Shown here one piece after another: positions 38,184 through 50,379 of a DNA stretch of 64,000 nt (position 1 is its first letter; each line of letters starts with the position of its first letter). The translations under genes were made by a program, and so were the position numbers. Below the pieces are notes generated by a model, which saw only the letters and a program-made list of their open reading frames with translations, was not told the origin of the DNA and did no database searches. The DNA lies in assembly GCA_036172245.1 (NCBI GenBank), contig JAYWIR010000019.1:2480001-2544000 (forward strand), read 5' to 3'. This DNA is from Raillietiella orientalis (taxonomy: Eukaryota).

Positions 38184-38600
38184 CGAAGAAGAGAAGCGCA
38201 AGAAGGGAGGAGGAAAAGGAAGAGGAAGGGAGGAAAGGGAGGAGGAAGGAAAGAAGAAAAGGTAAAGGAGGAGGAAAGAGGAGGGGAAGAGGGAGGAAGG
38301 GAAGAGCATGGGGAAAGGAAGGGGAGGAACAAGAAGGGAGGTGGAAGGGGAAGAAGAAAGGAAGGAAAGGGAGGAGAAAGAGGAAGAGAGGAAAAGAGAG
38401 AAGAGGAGGCGGAGGAGGAAGAGGAAGGAAAGAATAAGGGAAGGGAAAGGGGAGGAACAAAAAGGGAGGTGGAAGAGGAAGAGGAAGAGAGAAGGAAGGG
38501 AGGAAGAAAGAAGGAAGTGGAAGGGAACAGGAAGGAGAAAGAGGAAGACGACAAGCAAGCAGGAGAGAGGAGGATGGGAGAACAAAAAGAGAAAGAAAAA
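38184..38600. repeat. Long polypurine (GGA/GAA/AGG) tract, ~400 bp
   Basis: Directly visible. Almost pyrimidine-free. Confidence 0.95.
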
Positions 38601-40599
38601 CCCTTCAAGGAGGTGCAGCAGCAGCGGCAGCAGCTGTGCTTCTCGGGGGCGCCTCTCCGAGCCGCGCGACGGAGCGCAGCCGCTGGGCTCACGGGAAAGC
38701 GCGCGCCAATTTGGTGCGGGAGCATTTTTCAGTCCTCCCTCCTTCCCGCCCGCCTCTTTAAAGAAATATCGATCTCGATACCTCGTTTGCCAGATGTCGC
38801 TGCGAGAGGAAGACATCTGGCAAGCGGGATTGATCGCGGTGCACGATGATGCAAGGAGGAGAAGGAGGAGGAGAGAAAAAAAAAAGGAAGTGCTCCCGGA
38901 ATCTCCATCCGGCCGCAGGTGCCGGGGAACCCTGACGGCAGCGCGCGCGCGTCCCCGACGGTTTCCGTTGAGGAGCGGGAGAGAAGGGAGAACAGAAGCC
39001 GCCGCCGCCGCCGCTCCCGTGCGGCGCCCCAGGAGCTCTCCGCAGTCTCCGGAGCGTCCCAGAAGGAAAATCGGGCTGATGCGGCGGTGAGGCGAGAGCT
39101 CCCTCGAGATGCCAGGGAGTGCCGCCATCCTCGTCGGAGCGGGAGCCACGCTCCCCGTCTTCTCGCCACCTCCCTCGCGCGTGCGCACGCGCCCGAACAG
39201 ACGTTCCTGAAGCGACGCGAGCGCCGGCGGCGGCGCGCGCAGCTCCGGCTCCCTCGGGTCCCGCTAGTCGCACCCTGGGCTTCTTCCTACGGGATCGAGC
39301 GCTTCCGGATCCTCTCCAGTGCCGGGAGAGGGCAGGGCTGGAGCGGCGTTCCTACTGCCACCTCCGAGAGCGGCCCATGGGCTGCCGGAAGACTCTGGGC
39401 GCGGGTGGAGAGAGGTCAGCGCTGCCCTCTCGAATGGGGTCAGTGAGGACCAGAAGGCAGGGAAGCTGCTAGCCTCCCGAAAAGCGCGCGTGGCTTCGTC
39501 TCGAGACCTTCCAGGAGCGTATCCCGGATTCCCGGACGTAGAGACGGCAGGGACTCGGAATGCTGCCCTCTTCTGCGTTCCCGGACCCGCGCGCTCCCGG
39601 ATGAACCTCCTCGAGGGAATAAGATTTATGCGTGGGTGCAACCAGCTGCGACGCGCCACGCTCACCTCCCCCGCCGCTTCCGTCTCCATGGAGACGACCT
39701 CGATCTCCGGAATGTCCCGTCGACGCCCTCCTCCGCCGGCGACGCCTTCAGCACGGAAATTCCAGACTCCTGGAACGAATCCCGGCCCGCGGTATCCTCC
39801 TCCCGCCGTCTTAATGGAGACGGCCCCTTCCCCCCTCTCCGCTTGCCTGCCTGCAGGAGCACGCGGTGGCGCCGCGCCCGTCCGCTCTCCCCTTTCCGGG
39901 AGGCGCGAGGAAAGGGATAAGGTTCCTCTGAGAACGGGAACGACCCCAACGCTTTCTCCGGGAAGAGGGGAGCCGAGACCCCTGGAGACGCCGGTAGTCC
40001 TTGCACCTTTCACACGAAGAGACACAGGAAGGGGAGGGGGAATCGGAAGTCTCCTCTGCCGGTATTCCCAGATTCTTCTCCTTCCGTCTTTTCCCGCGGC
40101 CGGGAACCGTCCCGGACGCTCCACCGCTGCCCCCGCAGCCGCTGATGCAGACTTCCTCCGGGAAGCGATAATTGGGGGCGTGTCCCGGGACGAGCGCCTT
40201 CCCGTGACCCATCCTTCACGCCCGGATTTTTCGCCGCGTCCCGGGAGCTGGGCGCACTCCCCTGAAAAATGGGATCTTCCGGCAGGAAATGAGAATTTTC
40301 CCTCCCCTCTCCGCCGATTCCGGACCCGTGCGCGCGCCCGCATCTCCCGTCAGGGAGCGTCTATCCCCCCTTCCTTTCCCAGACGGGAATTTCCCGGGAA
40401 CGGCACTCGTTTTCCCGGAAGGCGAAAGCCATTCGGCCGTCGCCTGGACGAACGAGTTTCCTTCTCAGGAATCCGGCCTGCAGGGAACTCCTTGCCTTTC
40501 CCTTTCGGGCACTCTTCGAGCACCCTACGAAGGGGACGTGGGGACGTTCCCGAGGGAAGAGAGGGAAAAACGCGCGCCCACTGGCCTCCGATGACGCCG

Positions 40600-41400
40600 C
40601 ACATCCAACGGCGATAACGAGAACGCGTCCCGAGACTCCGGGATGGCGCCGTCGCCATCCCGAAGACCCGAAGGATCTTTCCGCGCCGACTCGAATTCTC
40701 AAACCTCCCCTCCCTTCCGGAAGCCACTGGCAGAATAACAGAGTCCTCCCGGTGCGTCTCCAAGGAAACGGCCGTGCGGTTCTCGGGGCGGTTGTGCTGG
40801 GTGGTACCTTGCCCCTCCCACTAGTCCAGAACTACCCGGAGAGCTCTCTCCGCCGCCCTTGGGAATCGTCCCACCGCGGGAGGAGCCGCCCGGGAGCGTC
40901 CCGGCAGCGGCCGTGGACACTCGGCCCGGATCGCCTCCCGGAGAGGAGTTGTTTCCCAGGAGAGCCGTCTCCTCTCCCGCCCCGCCCCATACAGGGAAGA
41001 CACTCGCTCTCTCCAAAAGTCTAGCCCTCCTTGGGGGGCGCAGCTTCTGGGGAGGGTCCCCTCGTGCGGGAGGTAGGGAAGGGGAGCGAACTGGGCCGAG
41101 CCACTGGGCGGCCCCGCCCAGCGGCGGCTTGGGAGCTGCCGTCGGCGGGTCCCTCAGGGTGCCACCCAGGTTCGCGAGAGCGGGGTCGTCGCCCAGTGCC
41201 CAAGCAGAGGGGGGGCATCTCTGGGGCGGCTGAGACGAAGATGCCCGCTTGAATGCCTCCAGATACCGCGTGCGCCCCCCTAGCCGCTGCTGCATCCTCC
41301 CAGGGCCTCCTCCGCATCCGGCCCCGGCCTCTTTCTTTCCAGAGCAGCTTCGAGAAAGACGCGTGCGGGGGAGGAGGGACCTTTCCGTGGTCTCGCATGG
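40600..41400 (+). mobile_element. Degenerate LINE post-RT fragment
   Basis: LQGNGRAVL..GWYLAP (~40758-40815) followed by PPSGGLG (41114-41134). Confidence 0.4.
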
Positions 41401-42547
41401 GGAAACGGCGGCGGCTGCGGAAGAGCCGCCCAACTCTTGGCGGTCGCCCCGAGAGGAACTTTGCCGGCTCTTCTTTCGGTCCGGGTTCAGGTCAATCTAG
41501 CATCCGTCTTCCGCCCTGCGAGATGGTGGGTCGAGCGAGGAGGGGAGGGGGACAGAGACAGGGGAGCGGGAAGGAAGGGAAAAGGGAGGACGCAGCCGCA
41601 CTGACAGGAGAAGCCGGGGAACCGATCGGGGAATACCGCGCTCTTCGCCGAGCCAGGGATCGGACTGCCTGCCAGCTTGCCCAGACCCACTCCGAGGGGA
41701 GAGAGAGGGCTAGCGGAGCAGAGAGGATATTTCGAAGGAGGGGCAACCCGACCGCAGGGACCGCCCGAGGGGCGAAGGGAGGCCGACGTCCAGCCGAGGA
41801 AGCGGCAAAAGGGCGCTCTCTGATTGCTGGGGAAACCCACCGGAGGCAGAGAGGGCGCCACTATGGGCAAGAAGAGAGAGGAAGGGTTGCGCTGGAAGGG
41901 AGGCGGCGGGCAGGTTGCCGACGACGACTGCAGGCGCTATCTACTTTCGGATCTAGCGCGACGTTTGCGCACCGTCCCAACTCCAGGCCCGCAGCGCTTC
42001 TTCGGAGGGCAAGTCGTTGCCCGCGCGCCCCGCAGCGGCGGCTTCCTGCTGCTCTTGGCAAAAGGCACCTTGGCCTAGGATGAGACGGGCACGCCGGTAT
42101 CTGCGTTCGGTTCGTCCCTCGGCACCACCTCTTCTCACCGCTGCGGGTCCACCGGGTGACACTCGGCGACCCGCATCAGCATTCGAGGCGAGGCGGGATG
42201 CTCGCCATCTCGATGCTGGAGATAAGGTCTAGACCCTCTGGTCGAAGACCCTCCTTTCGCCTTCTCTTCGACGGGATCCAGCTGCCCTGAGGAAAAATTC
42301 CAAAAAATTCAGAGCAAGAGACTGCCAGATGGTTCGATTTGCCTTCCACCTGACCCCCTATGGGTGACCTCGGAGTCCCTGCAGACCTCCGCCACAGTCG
42401 TCTCTTCTGACTTTGTCCTGGCCAGGCAAGGTTGACCATCTTTCGGATGAAACTGCTGCTGCCTGCAGGCAGAAACGCTTCCGGGTCATCGGATGCACAT
42501 GGGAGTTCCCTCTTCAGCACACCAGAAGGGATGGAGACCGCGTCGAT

Positions 42548-42646
42548 GCTGCTACTGTTGCCGTTGCTACTGCTGCTGTTGCCCCTGCTATTGCGATTGC
42601 TGCTGCTGCTGCGGCGGCTATTGTTGTTGCTGCTGTTGCTGCTGCC
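42548..42646. repeat. Degenerate (TGC/TGT) trinucleotide microsatellite
   Basis: Directly visible. Confidence 0.95.
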
Positions 42647-42749
42647 TGAGCACTGCCCGCCTCATCAGGAAGGAATCCACGAATGGACGACATCTGATAC
42701 AGAGAGGAGAGGTGCTGGATGCAGCTCTCAACGCTGACCAGAGATGAGG

Positions 42750-44850
42750 ACCACTGCCGGGTCTCCCCGGAGCCGAAGAGATGCACCAACCGGCACCACA
42801 GGAATGATACGCGCGCGACGGAGCACTACGCCCACCGTAGCAGCAAACGGAGTGACGCGAGCAAGTTGCGGGCGTGCTAGCACCGCGATATCGCTCCTCC
42901 TTTGAAGCTCCCGTCCCGCCTCCCTGAAGGAGCGGCGATGGCGATGGCGACCAAGGAATTTCGAGGGAGGCAGCAGCTACCTCAGGGGAGCTTTGCAAGG
43001 GCCGATGGCCTCGCGCAGAGCGCGCAACCTCAAGTGCTTCCCAGTCGTGTACGTCTCCTTCTCCCCCATCCCGTCTTTGGCGCAGAATCTTCCTCTCCTT
43101 TTCCGCCTTCCACCCTCCAGCAAACTTGGAACCTTGCTCTGCTCCGGCCGAGGAGGCCAGAAGAGCCATGGAGCATCGTCGCCTTGGCAACAGAGCCCTC
43201 TGCGCGCTTTCTCCGCGGCATTTCTCTCTCTCGTCGCCTGGCAAACGGCAAACTCGGGAAGGACCGCGCTCGTAACCCCATCGCCCCCACTTGAGTTCTG
43301 TCGACAGCTCCGTCAAGAGGGCGCGTCGCCGTAGGGAGCTTGCCAGCGTGACCGGCTGCCAAGCGACCAACGCTAGACTTGCCTAGGACTTTAAGAGTTT
43401 CCGTGGTCGCTGAACTTCCGACCATGGCTCTTTGGGACGACTCCCTCGCGTCTCTCAAGCTCTCTGAAGAGCAGCAGGCCTGGGAAGAGCAATGAACCAC
43501 TCAAAGCGAACATTTTCGCCAGACAAAAGAGAGCCGCCATGGCAACCTGACGGTAGCATAATGTAGATGTTTCGCTTTCTTCCAGCGTTCATCTCAGACC
43601 GGGTGCAGGGTGCGCGAACCACCAGCAGAAGACCTCGGAACGAATTGCCAACAGTCGTCACGAGAGAACACATTGAGACGGAATCCAAGGTCTCTCCTCT
43701 CCAGGCGACAGTCCGCTTCGCTGCCATTCCATCGAGGAGTCCTTGATAGCACACCCCTTGTCGTTTCGAATCACCTAAAGGAGTCACCCGCTCGATGGAG
43801 CCAGCGACAACCCTTAAAAGCCGAGATATCCCAGCAGAGATCTGGCTGGTTCCTCTTCCCTTCAAACCCGATCCTCCTACCAGTACTCTTGTCTGCATTC
43901 CCTATCCGCCCCCTTCGTTCCGAATCCTCTGCGGCCGATGCCCAATCACCCCGACGAAAACCTTGTACACCCATCGAGTCCTGGGGTTCCTCCTTCCTTC
44001 CTGAGCAACCAGGCAGCACCCATCATCTCGTAATGGGGTTCCCCATCGCGGCCTGTCAGCTGTTCCAGGGCTGGAAGCGCCACAAAGGAGCGGTCAGGGG
44101 AAGACCTTCAGCTCCCTTGTCTCGAGAAATCTGCGCCTGTGATGAGCTCTCCCATGGCAGCCGCAGGCAGCTGATTTACGGACCAGTCGATGTTGTCGGG
44201 TCAGCTGCGCCTATCTTCCCTGCTCATCAACAGGTGGGACCCCCCACTCGCCTCACAAGTCGCCCTGCATCCCGGGAAGGCTGCGGAGAAGGAACGGCCT
44301 TTTTCAGCACTCCCTGCCTGTCCGACCTGCGCGCCGGCGAATCCTCCCCGAGGACTTCCGTTCGTTTCCCTCCTGGAGACGCGTCTCCCGAGACTTTCCA
44401 TGTTTATTTTTAAAGAGAGAAATGCCCTGGTGATTCCTCCCGGATGGATCGCTGAGGCACCTGTCGGCAATACGGCCTTACCTTGAATGCCCCTCTCATC
44501 TCCGCCCGGCTGCGATGAAACGTTTCTGGTCCAGAAGTCATCGGGACGCAGAATGGTAAGACCCGTGCGCTTATCTGTTCTCGCGGTGCAGGGATGTCTC
44601 ATTCGTCTCTGGGCACAGCCACTGCTGGAGCCGAACACGGCTTGCGTGGCTTTAAGCAGACCTCTGGCAGAGAACGGCGAGCCAGGGCTTCCGGATCTCT
44701 CCGAACTGGTCCAGGATTTGAGAATTCTTTGTGAGCTTGTGGCTCTCCGCGAACGAAGAGGCCCCGAGGAAACCTTTGTTCCCTTCATCCTACCGTGATA
44801 CCTTCTTTGATAGCGTTTTCGTTGGTGAGCTGTTCAAATCACTTTGAACG
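42750..44850 (+). mobile_element. Degenerate L1/Tx1-like LINE RT and downstream region (possibly two pieces)
   Basis: WRP (42945-42953), LANGKLG, LRQEGASP (43308-43331), AAGLGRAMNHSK (43471-43506), EIWL..P and TKTLYTHRVLG, in the canonical order. Confidence 0.6.
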
Positions 44851-44879
44851 GAATGGAATTTGGGTCCTGGATCGCTTCC

Positions 44880-45500
44880 TAGGTCAGAGGGATCGTCTGC
44901 AGCGAATGAGAATCCTCAAGGCATTCCTTCGTTGGCGGCCGTGTGACTACAGTCTCCTCCACGCGTGGCGCCAGGAGTCGCGGGTTCGAATCCCGCCTCG
45001 GAGAAGGATCGACGGCGAGAATATGGGGTACGTCGTGGGTTTCGAGTTTCCGCGCAGGACGGCGCTGGTTGGCCTATTCGGGATGGCTCCGTTGACTGGC
45101 CTCCGGGGTCCTTCCAGGATTCAAGGAGCCTTTCAGGGTTACCCTCCGGTTGTGCAAATTGAGCCGTCTCCTCCCCCCCCCCCTTCCCCGAAGAGGGAGA
45201 CCATGGAGCTAGTGGATTGATACCTCTCCAGAATGTCAAGAAGTGCGCTGTTCCCTTCGGGGAGCACCTTCCAGAGAAAATGGGAAATGTTCCTTCGGGG
45301 TTCTCTTCAGAGGAGGAAACAGGGAGCGCATCCTTTCAGGGTTCCTTCCGAAGAAGGAATGAGGATCGGCTCCCTCTGGGGGATCCCTTCGGAGACAACC
45401 AGGGATTCAGTGGAACCCTTCGGGGTTCCCGCCCAAGAATGAGAGGAACGGACTCCTTCCTCCGGAACCCTTCTTGAGATTCATAGGATGGTCCCCTCTC
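44880..45500 (+). mobile_element. LINE RT fragment, second subfamily (copy 1 of 3)
   Basis: Homologous to 53860-54270 and 58790-59120. LLHAWRQESRVRIP, GVRRGFRVS, ALVGLFGMA. Confidence 0.6.
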
Positions 45501-46689
45501 GGGGTACTCCGGGTGGTGTGGAACGGTGTTAAAGAGCTTCGTGAACCCCTAGCCCTTCCCTCAAGATATCAGGGGGAAACCCCTCCGCTTTCCATGAGAC
45601 CAGCCTCGCCGTTTTTTGTTCTTTCGAATAGACCTGGACTCTTTTACGACCCGTGCCAGATTCCAGAAGAACATCTCACAGCCGTTACTGGATACTTAGG
45701 AATGCGTGTGTGTTCTTTAGATTATTTTTGTGTGTGTGTGTTTTGCTTTGTTTTGTTCCTCTTGATCCACTTTCACGCCAAGGGCTGTGGATCCATTCCA
45801 GCCACAAGAGCCGGGTTCTCGATGAAGAAGTAAACAAGAGTTAGGCTCTGAGACAGCAGCATGCATTTTTAGCCAGTCTCGAAAAGCAGTCACGTGATGT
45901 TTGTGCTTCGGGAGAGCTTTTGCATCTCGGCTGAGAGCCTTTGACAGCCGCGTCAGAGTCTACAAACTGACCGTGACTCAGATGAATAAACCGTGGAATT
46001 TACGGTTCATTCATTTCCAAAATTCTTCCATGATGGGGAACTTCCGTGCGAATATCGGCAGAGAACGTCTGTTTTTTTTTTTTCTTTCTCGGCAGCCCAC
46101 ATACACATTTGAAGTGTTGCAGTCGCACAAGCATGGAAAACTTCAAGCATCCCTGCTCCGAGCCGTCTGTCTCAAAGGAATCAGGCGTGCTGCACCTCAC
46201 GTTCTGGGTTATTCTTGTTGCTGCGTCGGACAGCAGCCGTGCCCACTTCTTCCTGTTGCTGCGTCGAAAAACAACAGTGTCCACGGGTGATTTGATGTTG
46301 CAGCGAACGGCCCTGAATCGGAGACAGTTCTTCGTCGGAACTCAGTGAAGAATGGCAGCGGTTTTCGAAATGTGGAGCAGCAGTCATCACGCAACAAGCG
46401 CCGAATTCACAGCAGAACTTCTTCTGGGACTTCCGAGAGACGTCTGCCAGGAGGAGGAAACACGCCGATGGGACGCTGTTCTCGATACACCGTTGCCGCT
46501 ACTTGGGTCCCTAGATCGACGTTGACATGGCAGTAAGAAATGCGCTAGGGAGTCAGCTGTCTCGATACTTGGCTACCTTCCACTTCTAAAAGGGAAACAC
46601 CGTGTTTCTTGCGGGAGATGCACGTGTCAGAGACTCAGAAAGAGGTCTCGTTACATTTTCTGGAACCCCTTTCGGAAGTCACTGCAGGT

Positions 46690-47110
46690 TCGTTGTGGTG
46701 AGAGGAGCGGCAACCACGCTGTCAATGATCCACTCTGCAAACTCGTCCATCGTTGCCAATTCTTGAACATGTGAAGAATCGGAAGGTCAGCCATGTGAAC
46801 CGTTGAACCGTCTAGCGTCAAATGTGCCTCCTTCCTGGCGCACCCGTAGAGCTCCACCATCTTGCGGAAGGTGAAACGCAGGCCGCTCACGCTCAGGTGC
46901 TTCCCCCACGTGGACGCTCGTGTGGATCTTCGAGTCCAGCCGCGCCAGGGTCAGGTCTCATTTCCTGACTCATGTCCATGATGTGCTCCATCGACTGGGA
47001 GCGGGACAACAGCCCGTACCTCGTACCAGTCGGTCTCCTTGGGGATCAGCACCTCCACGTCCGTCGTCATCCTGGATCTGGGGTTCGACAGCTTCTTGAG
47101 CTGGGACGCC
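46690..47110 (-). pseudogene. Frameshifted coding-like fragment of unknown identity
   Basis: GC3-rich segments joined by frameshifts read QLKKLSNPRSRMTTDVEVLIPKETDWY / YGLLSRSQSMEHIMDM / LTLARLDSKIHTSV / WGKHLSVSGLRFTFRKMVELYGCARKE. No family recognised. Confidence 0.35.
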
Positions 47111-49800
47111 GGTGGCGAAGAGCGGAACTCACCCCGATCGAATGCCCTCGGAGGCGACTGGGGCGAGGCGGTTGCAGCCAGGAGCTCGGAGCCCTTTTGG
47201 TGAGAGGGCTGGGGGCGAAATAGGAAAAGCGCCCAATGTCCTCAGGACCTCGCGATGGGAGGTTCTCGTTTCCGTCCTCTTTCGGAAAGCAAAGAAACGC
47301 TTGGCCATTTCTCCTGCGGTGTCTGGGACTCTTGGCGGCGCTCAGACTGAAAGAAGAATGAAGCAACTCATCCGGCATTTTGTTCTTTGTCTTCGAGAGA
47401 GTCCAGCCGAATTCCTTCCACGAGCTGAAGTGGTCCTGCGATGCTAATCTAGAGGAATTCGCGGGAATCGCTTCCGGCATACGGAGCTCCGAGCTCGTGG
47501 AGCATCTCTGCTTCATCTGCAGCCCCATCCCCATTCCAGGAGTCGGCGACCTTTTGCTTTTTCCTCTTCCTCCTGTGTCTCATTCGCTTCTCATCTCGCG
47601 TTCCCATTGACTTTTTTTCCTTTTTTAAAAATAAGAATGAAAAAAATTCACGCGACGGAATCGGTTTGGTTTCGGGTTTGGGCGGGCGTGCTTCGTCCCT
47701 CCTTCGCCCGCTTCCGGGCGCAGCAGCAGCAGCCTCTCGTTTCGTTTCACCTTCCGCGACGCTCCTGCGCGAGAGAGGCCTTCCTTCCGGGCCTTTCGGC
47801 ACGCGGACTCGGTCGCTCATTGCTGCTGATCGAAGGGCAGGTACGCTCTGGGATGATGGATGAGAAGACGAGGGAGGGAAAAAAAAAAATAATAATGATG
47901 ATGATAATAAAGAAGAAAAAAAAAAAGATGGGAGGTCCCTGAGAATCTTTCGGTCTCGGAAAAACTTCAGATCCTCCTGATTTATCTTTACTGCTCGTCG
48001 TAAACGGCTTTCGCTTGCATGCTAACGAGGTGGAGCTCTTTCTGCTGCGAACTCGTTAATCCCTGAGCCGCTGCGCAGCCGAGGGCTTCTCCCGAGTGAC
48101 TCGCCGTTCGGATGCTCTCGTTAAGCCCCCTGCATCCCGCGTGGGGAGACCCACGCTGAGGGAGAGAAAAAAAAAACCTTCCTCCCGCGCGGGCGCGCAT
48201 CGGATAGCGCTGCCGACCCGTGACGTCTCACACCCACAGCTCCCTCCCCGCTCGCGCCGCCACCGGTCAGGTGCGGACCCGGATCTCCCGTTAAGCAAGG
48301 CGACGTGCGTCCCCCGAGTCCTATGGGCCGTAGGGCGAATTTCTTCCCCCTGTAAGTACAGCACGTCTTCCTTTCTTTCGTCTCACAGAGTTTTTCTTCC
48401 TCAGACCAGCAAATCTTTAAGCAGTTGAGGGTTGTTGCTTGTCTTTACCCCCCCTCCTTTTCTTTTTCTTTTTTTTGTTTAGGGGGCAGGGAGCAACTCA
48501 CGCTCCTTGATCGCATCTGCTGACCTCCCCTCCCCCCCTTTCGCCTTCCTTAACTTCCTCTCGTGTTTGTCGCTCTCGCGGCTGTAGTCCACGCAACTTG
48601 CGGAATGGCGGCGTAGATCCTGGAAAAATGAAGATGCAGGAGAGGGATGCTATGTCAGCAGAGAGGAAGAGGGGGTGAAGGGGACGATGCCATCAGGTCA
48701 CTGAGGAAGCAATTGGGACGCTGGGTGGTCGTCCGAAGAATGAGCGGCTTTCGCCTTCCGAAAGCGTCATGACCTCCGACGTCGTTCCTCGGCTCCAGAT
48801 TTCTCCGTCTGCAGTCTGCACAGCTTCCGAAAGCCGCAGTATTGACCCCCTGCCCGTTGCGGATGGATTAAAAACACGAAACGGGGCCCGAAGAGGCTGA
48901 TCCGAGGAAGAGTGGGTCGGGAACTTCCACCCTTCTGAAGCTCCTCTTTGCCGTGACGGTCATGCCGGCGGATGAGGGCGGAGAAAAGCGCGCCTGCACC
49001 CCTTTTTTTTCAAAGCACAGACCCTTTGCCTTAGGGTGAACCTCCACCCCCCCATCGACCTCACTTGACCTCATCTGAGTTCCTCACCGAATCGTGGCTC
49101 TTGAAAGACCGAACGAACACACCCTTGGGGATGACTCCCACCGCAGCATCCTCGCAAGGATGGAAGGGGACGCCTTCCCAGAGGGTGATCCTCGACGGTG
49201 CGAGGAAGTGGAAGACCGCTGTCACAGCAGCGCGGGAAGCACTTTGTGCGGCGCGCGTGCAATCTCGAAACTCCGGCGTTTTGTTGCAATGCGCTGCGCT
49301 TGATATGAGTCGGTCGTCCGAGCTTCTGTCACAGATGGAGAGGAGGAAAGGCGCGTAGCGACCGTCGAAAACGATCGAAAGTTTTCCCAGAAGTGGTAGG
49401 TCACCCCTCACTCACCTGGGCAGGGGTTGCTGGATGACGGCATGGGAAGCAGAGTGGTGACTCCAATGGGAATCTCTCCGGAGCGTCTCCATCTCATCAG
49501 TGGCTTTCCCCACGGTGGATTCCATGAGGTTGAAGGCTGGAAGGATCGTCGAGAATCAAGGGTCTCTTCAGAAGCGGGGACGTTTGAAGCCCCCGTCCCT
49601 TCCGAAGCGATCTCGATCGATGAGAAGTTGCTCATCACGGAGGACTGCTGAGATCCCCGACCACATGTCCTCTCTGCTCGACGCAATCATCGATGAGGAA
49701 AAAAAAAGGCCCACTGACTAGATTTTGGCGCACGGTCGCCTTTACTCAATGAAGCATCCGGACGCGAAGGAAGGAGCGCGAAAGAAAAGATTTTTTTGTA

Positions 49801-49823
49801 AAATCAAATCAAATCAAATCAAA
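49801..49823. repeat. (AAATC)n microsatellite
   Basis: aaatcaaatcaaatcaaatcaaa. Confidence 0.9.
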
Positions 49824-50379
49824 GGCAAGCAGAAACGCAACAACGGAGGCTGCATCAGGAAAAGTAGCGAGACAGAGGAAACTCGGGAAATTCGCGAATC
49901 GGGAAGCCGGAAAATCCTGCATTCATGGCACGCGCTGCCTGAGCATCATCTGCACTTGATGGTGCCCGCGCTTGAAGGGAGGGAAGATGAACAGAAGGGT
50001 GCCTGCCGAACGAATTCGAAATCACACGTAACCCTGCACGTGACACTTAGAAACGCGACAGACTCCGCGGCGCGGGCACCGCTTCCAAGAGAGCAGCGCT
50101 ACTGTGGTGCCAGCGGGCACCCCACACATGAGATCCACTAGAGAAAGAACGGCTGCCCTAACGTGAAAACAAACCGATGGGTTTCTTCCGTTTCCCGCCG
50201 CTTGCCGACCGGTCCTCAGGGTCGAGCACTTCTCGCTGGTGGAGGCGCCTCCTCTGATGGCTCACCTGGGGTCATGGGAGCGTGCCACGAAGCAGGTGGG
50301 CTAACCGAGGAATGCATTGGTTCCAAGAAACGATTCCCCTCTGACTTCGAACACTTCTTTCTCTTTCCTCCTCTTTGCA

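Noticed and set aside
37566..39188. 540-aa ORF on the - strand and overlapping + strand ORFs
   Set aside because: Open only because of the ~400-bp polypurine tract, which gives a Leu/Phe/Ser/Pro-only translation.
39319..40617. 432-aa ORF on the + strand
   Set aside because: Pro/Arg/Gly/Ala-rich with an antisense ORF of similar length and no recognisable domain. Expected in stop-poor GC-rich DNA.
44930..45010. Apparent tRNA-derived SINE head with a B-box (gtcgcgggttcgaatcccgcctcgg)
   Set aside because: The homologous positions in the other two copies (tcgaaggtgcggatgccg; tcccgggtttgagtaccc) do not keep the B-box but do keep the codons S-R/K-V-R-I/M/V-P. The repeat continues into RT and LWY/GGL motifs, so it is LINE coding sequence.
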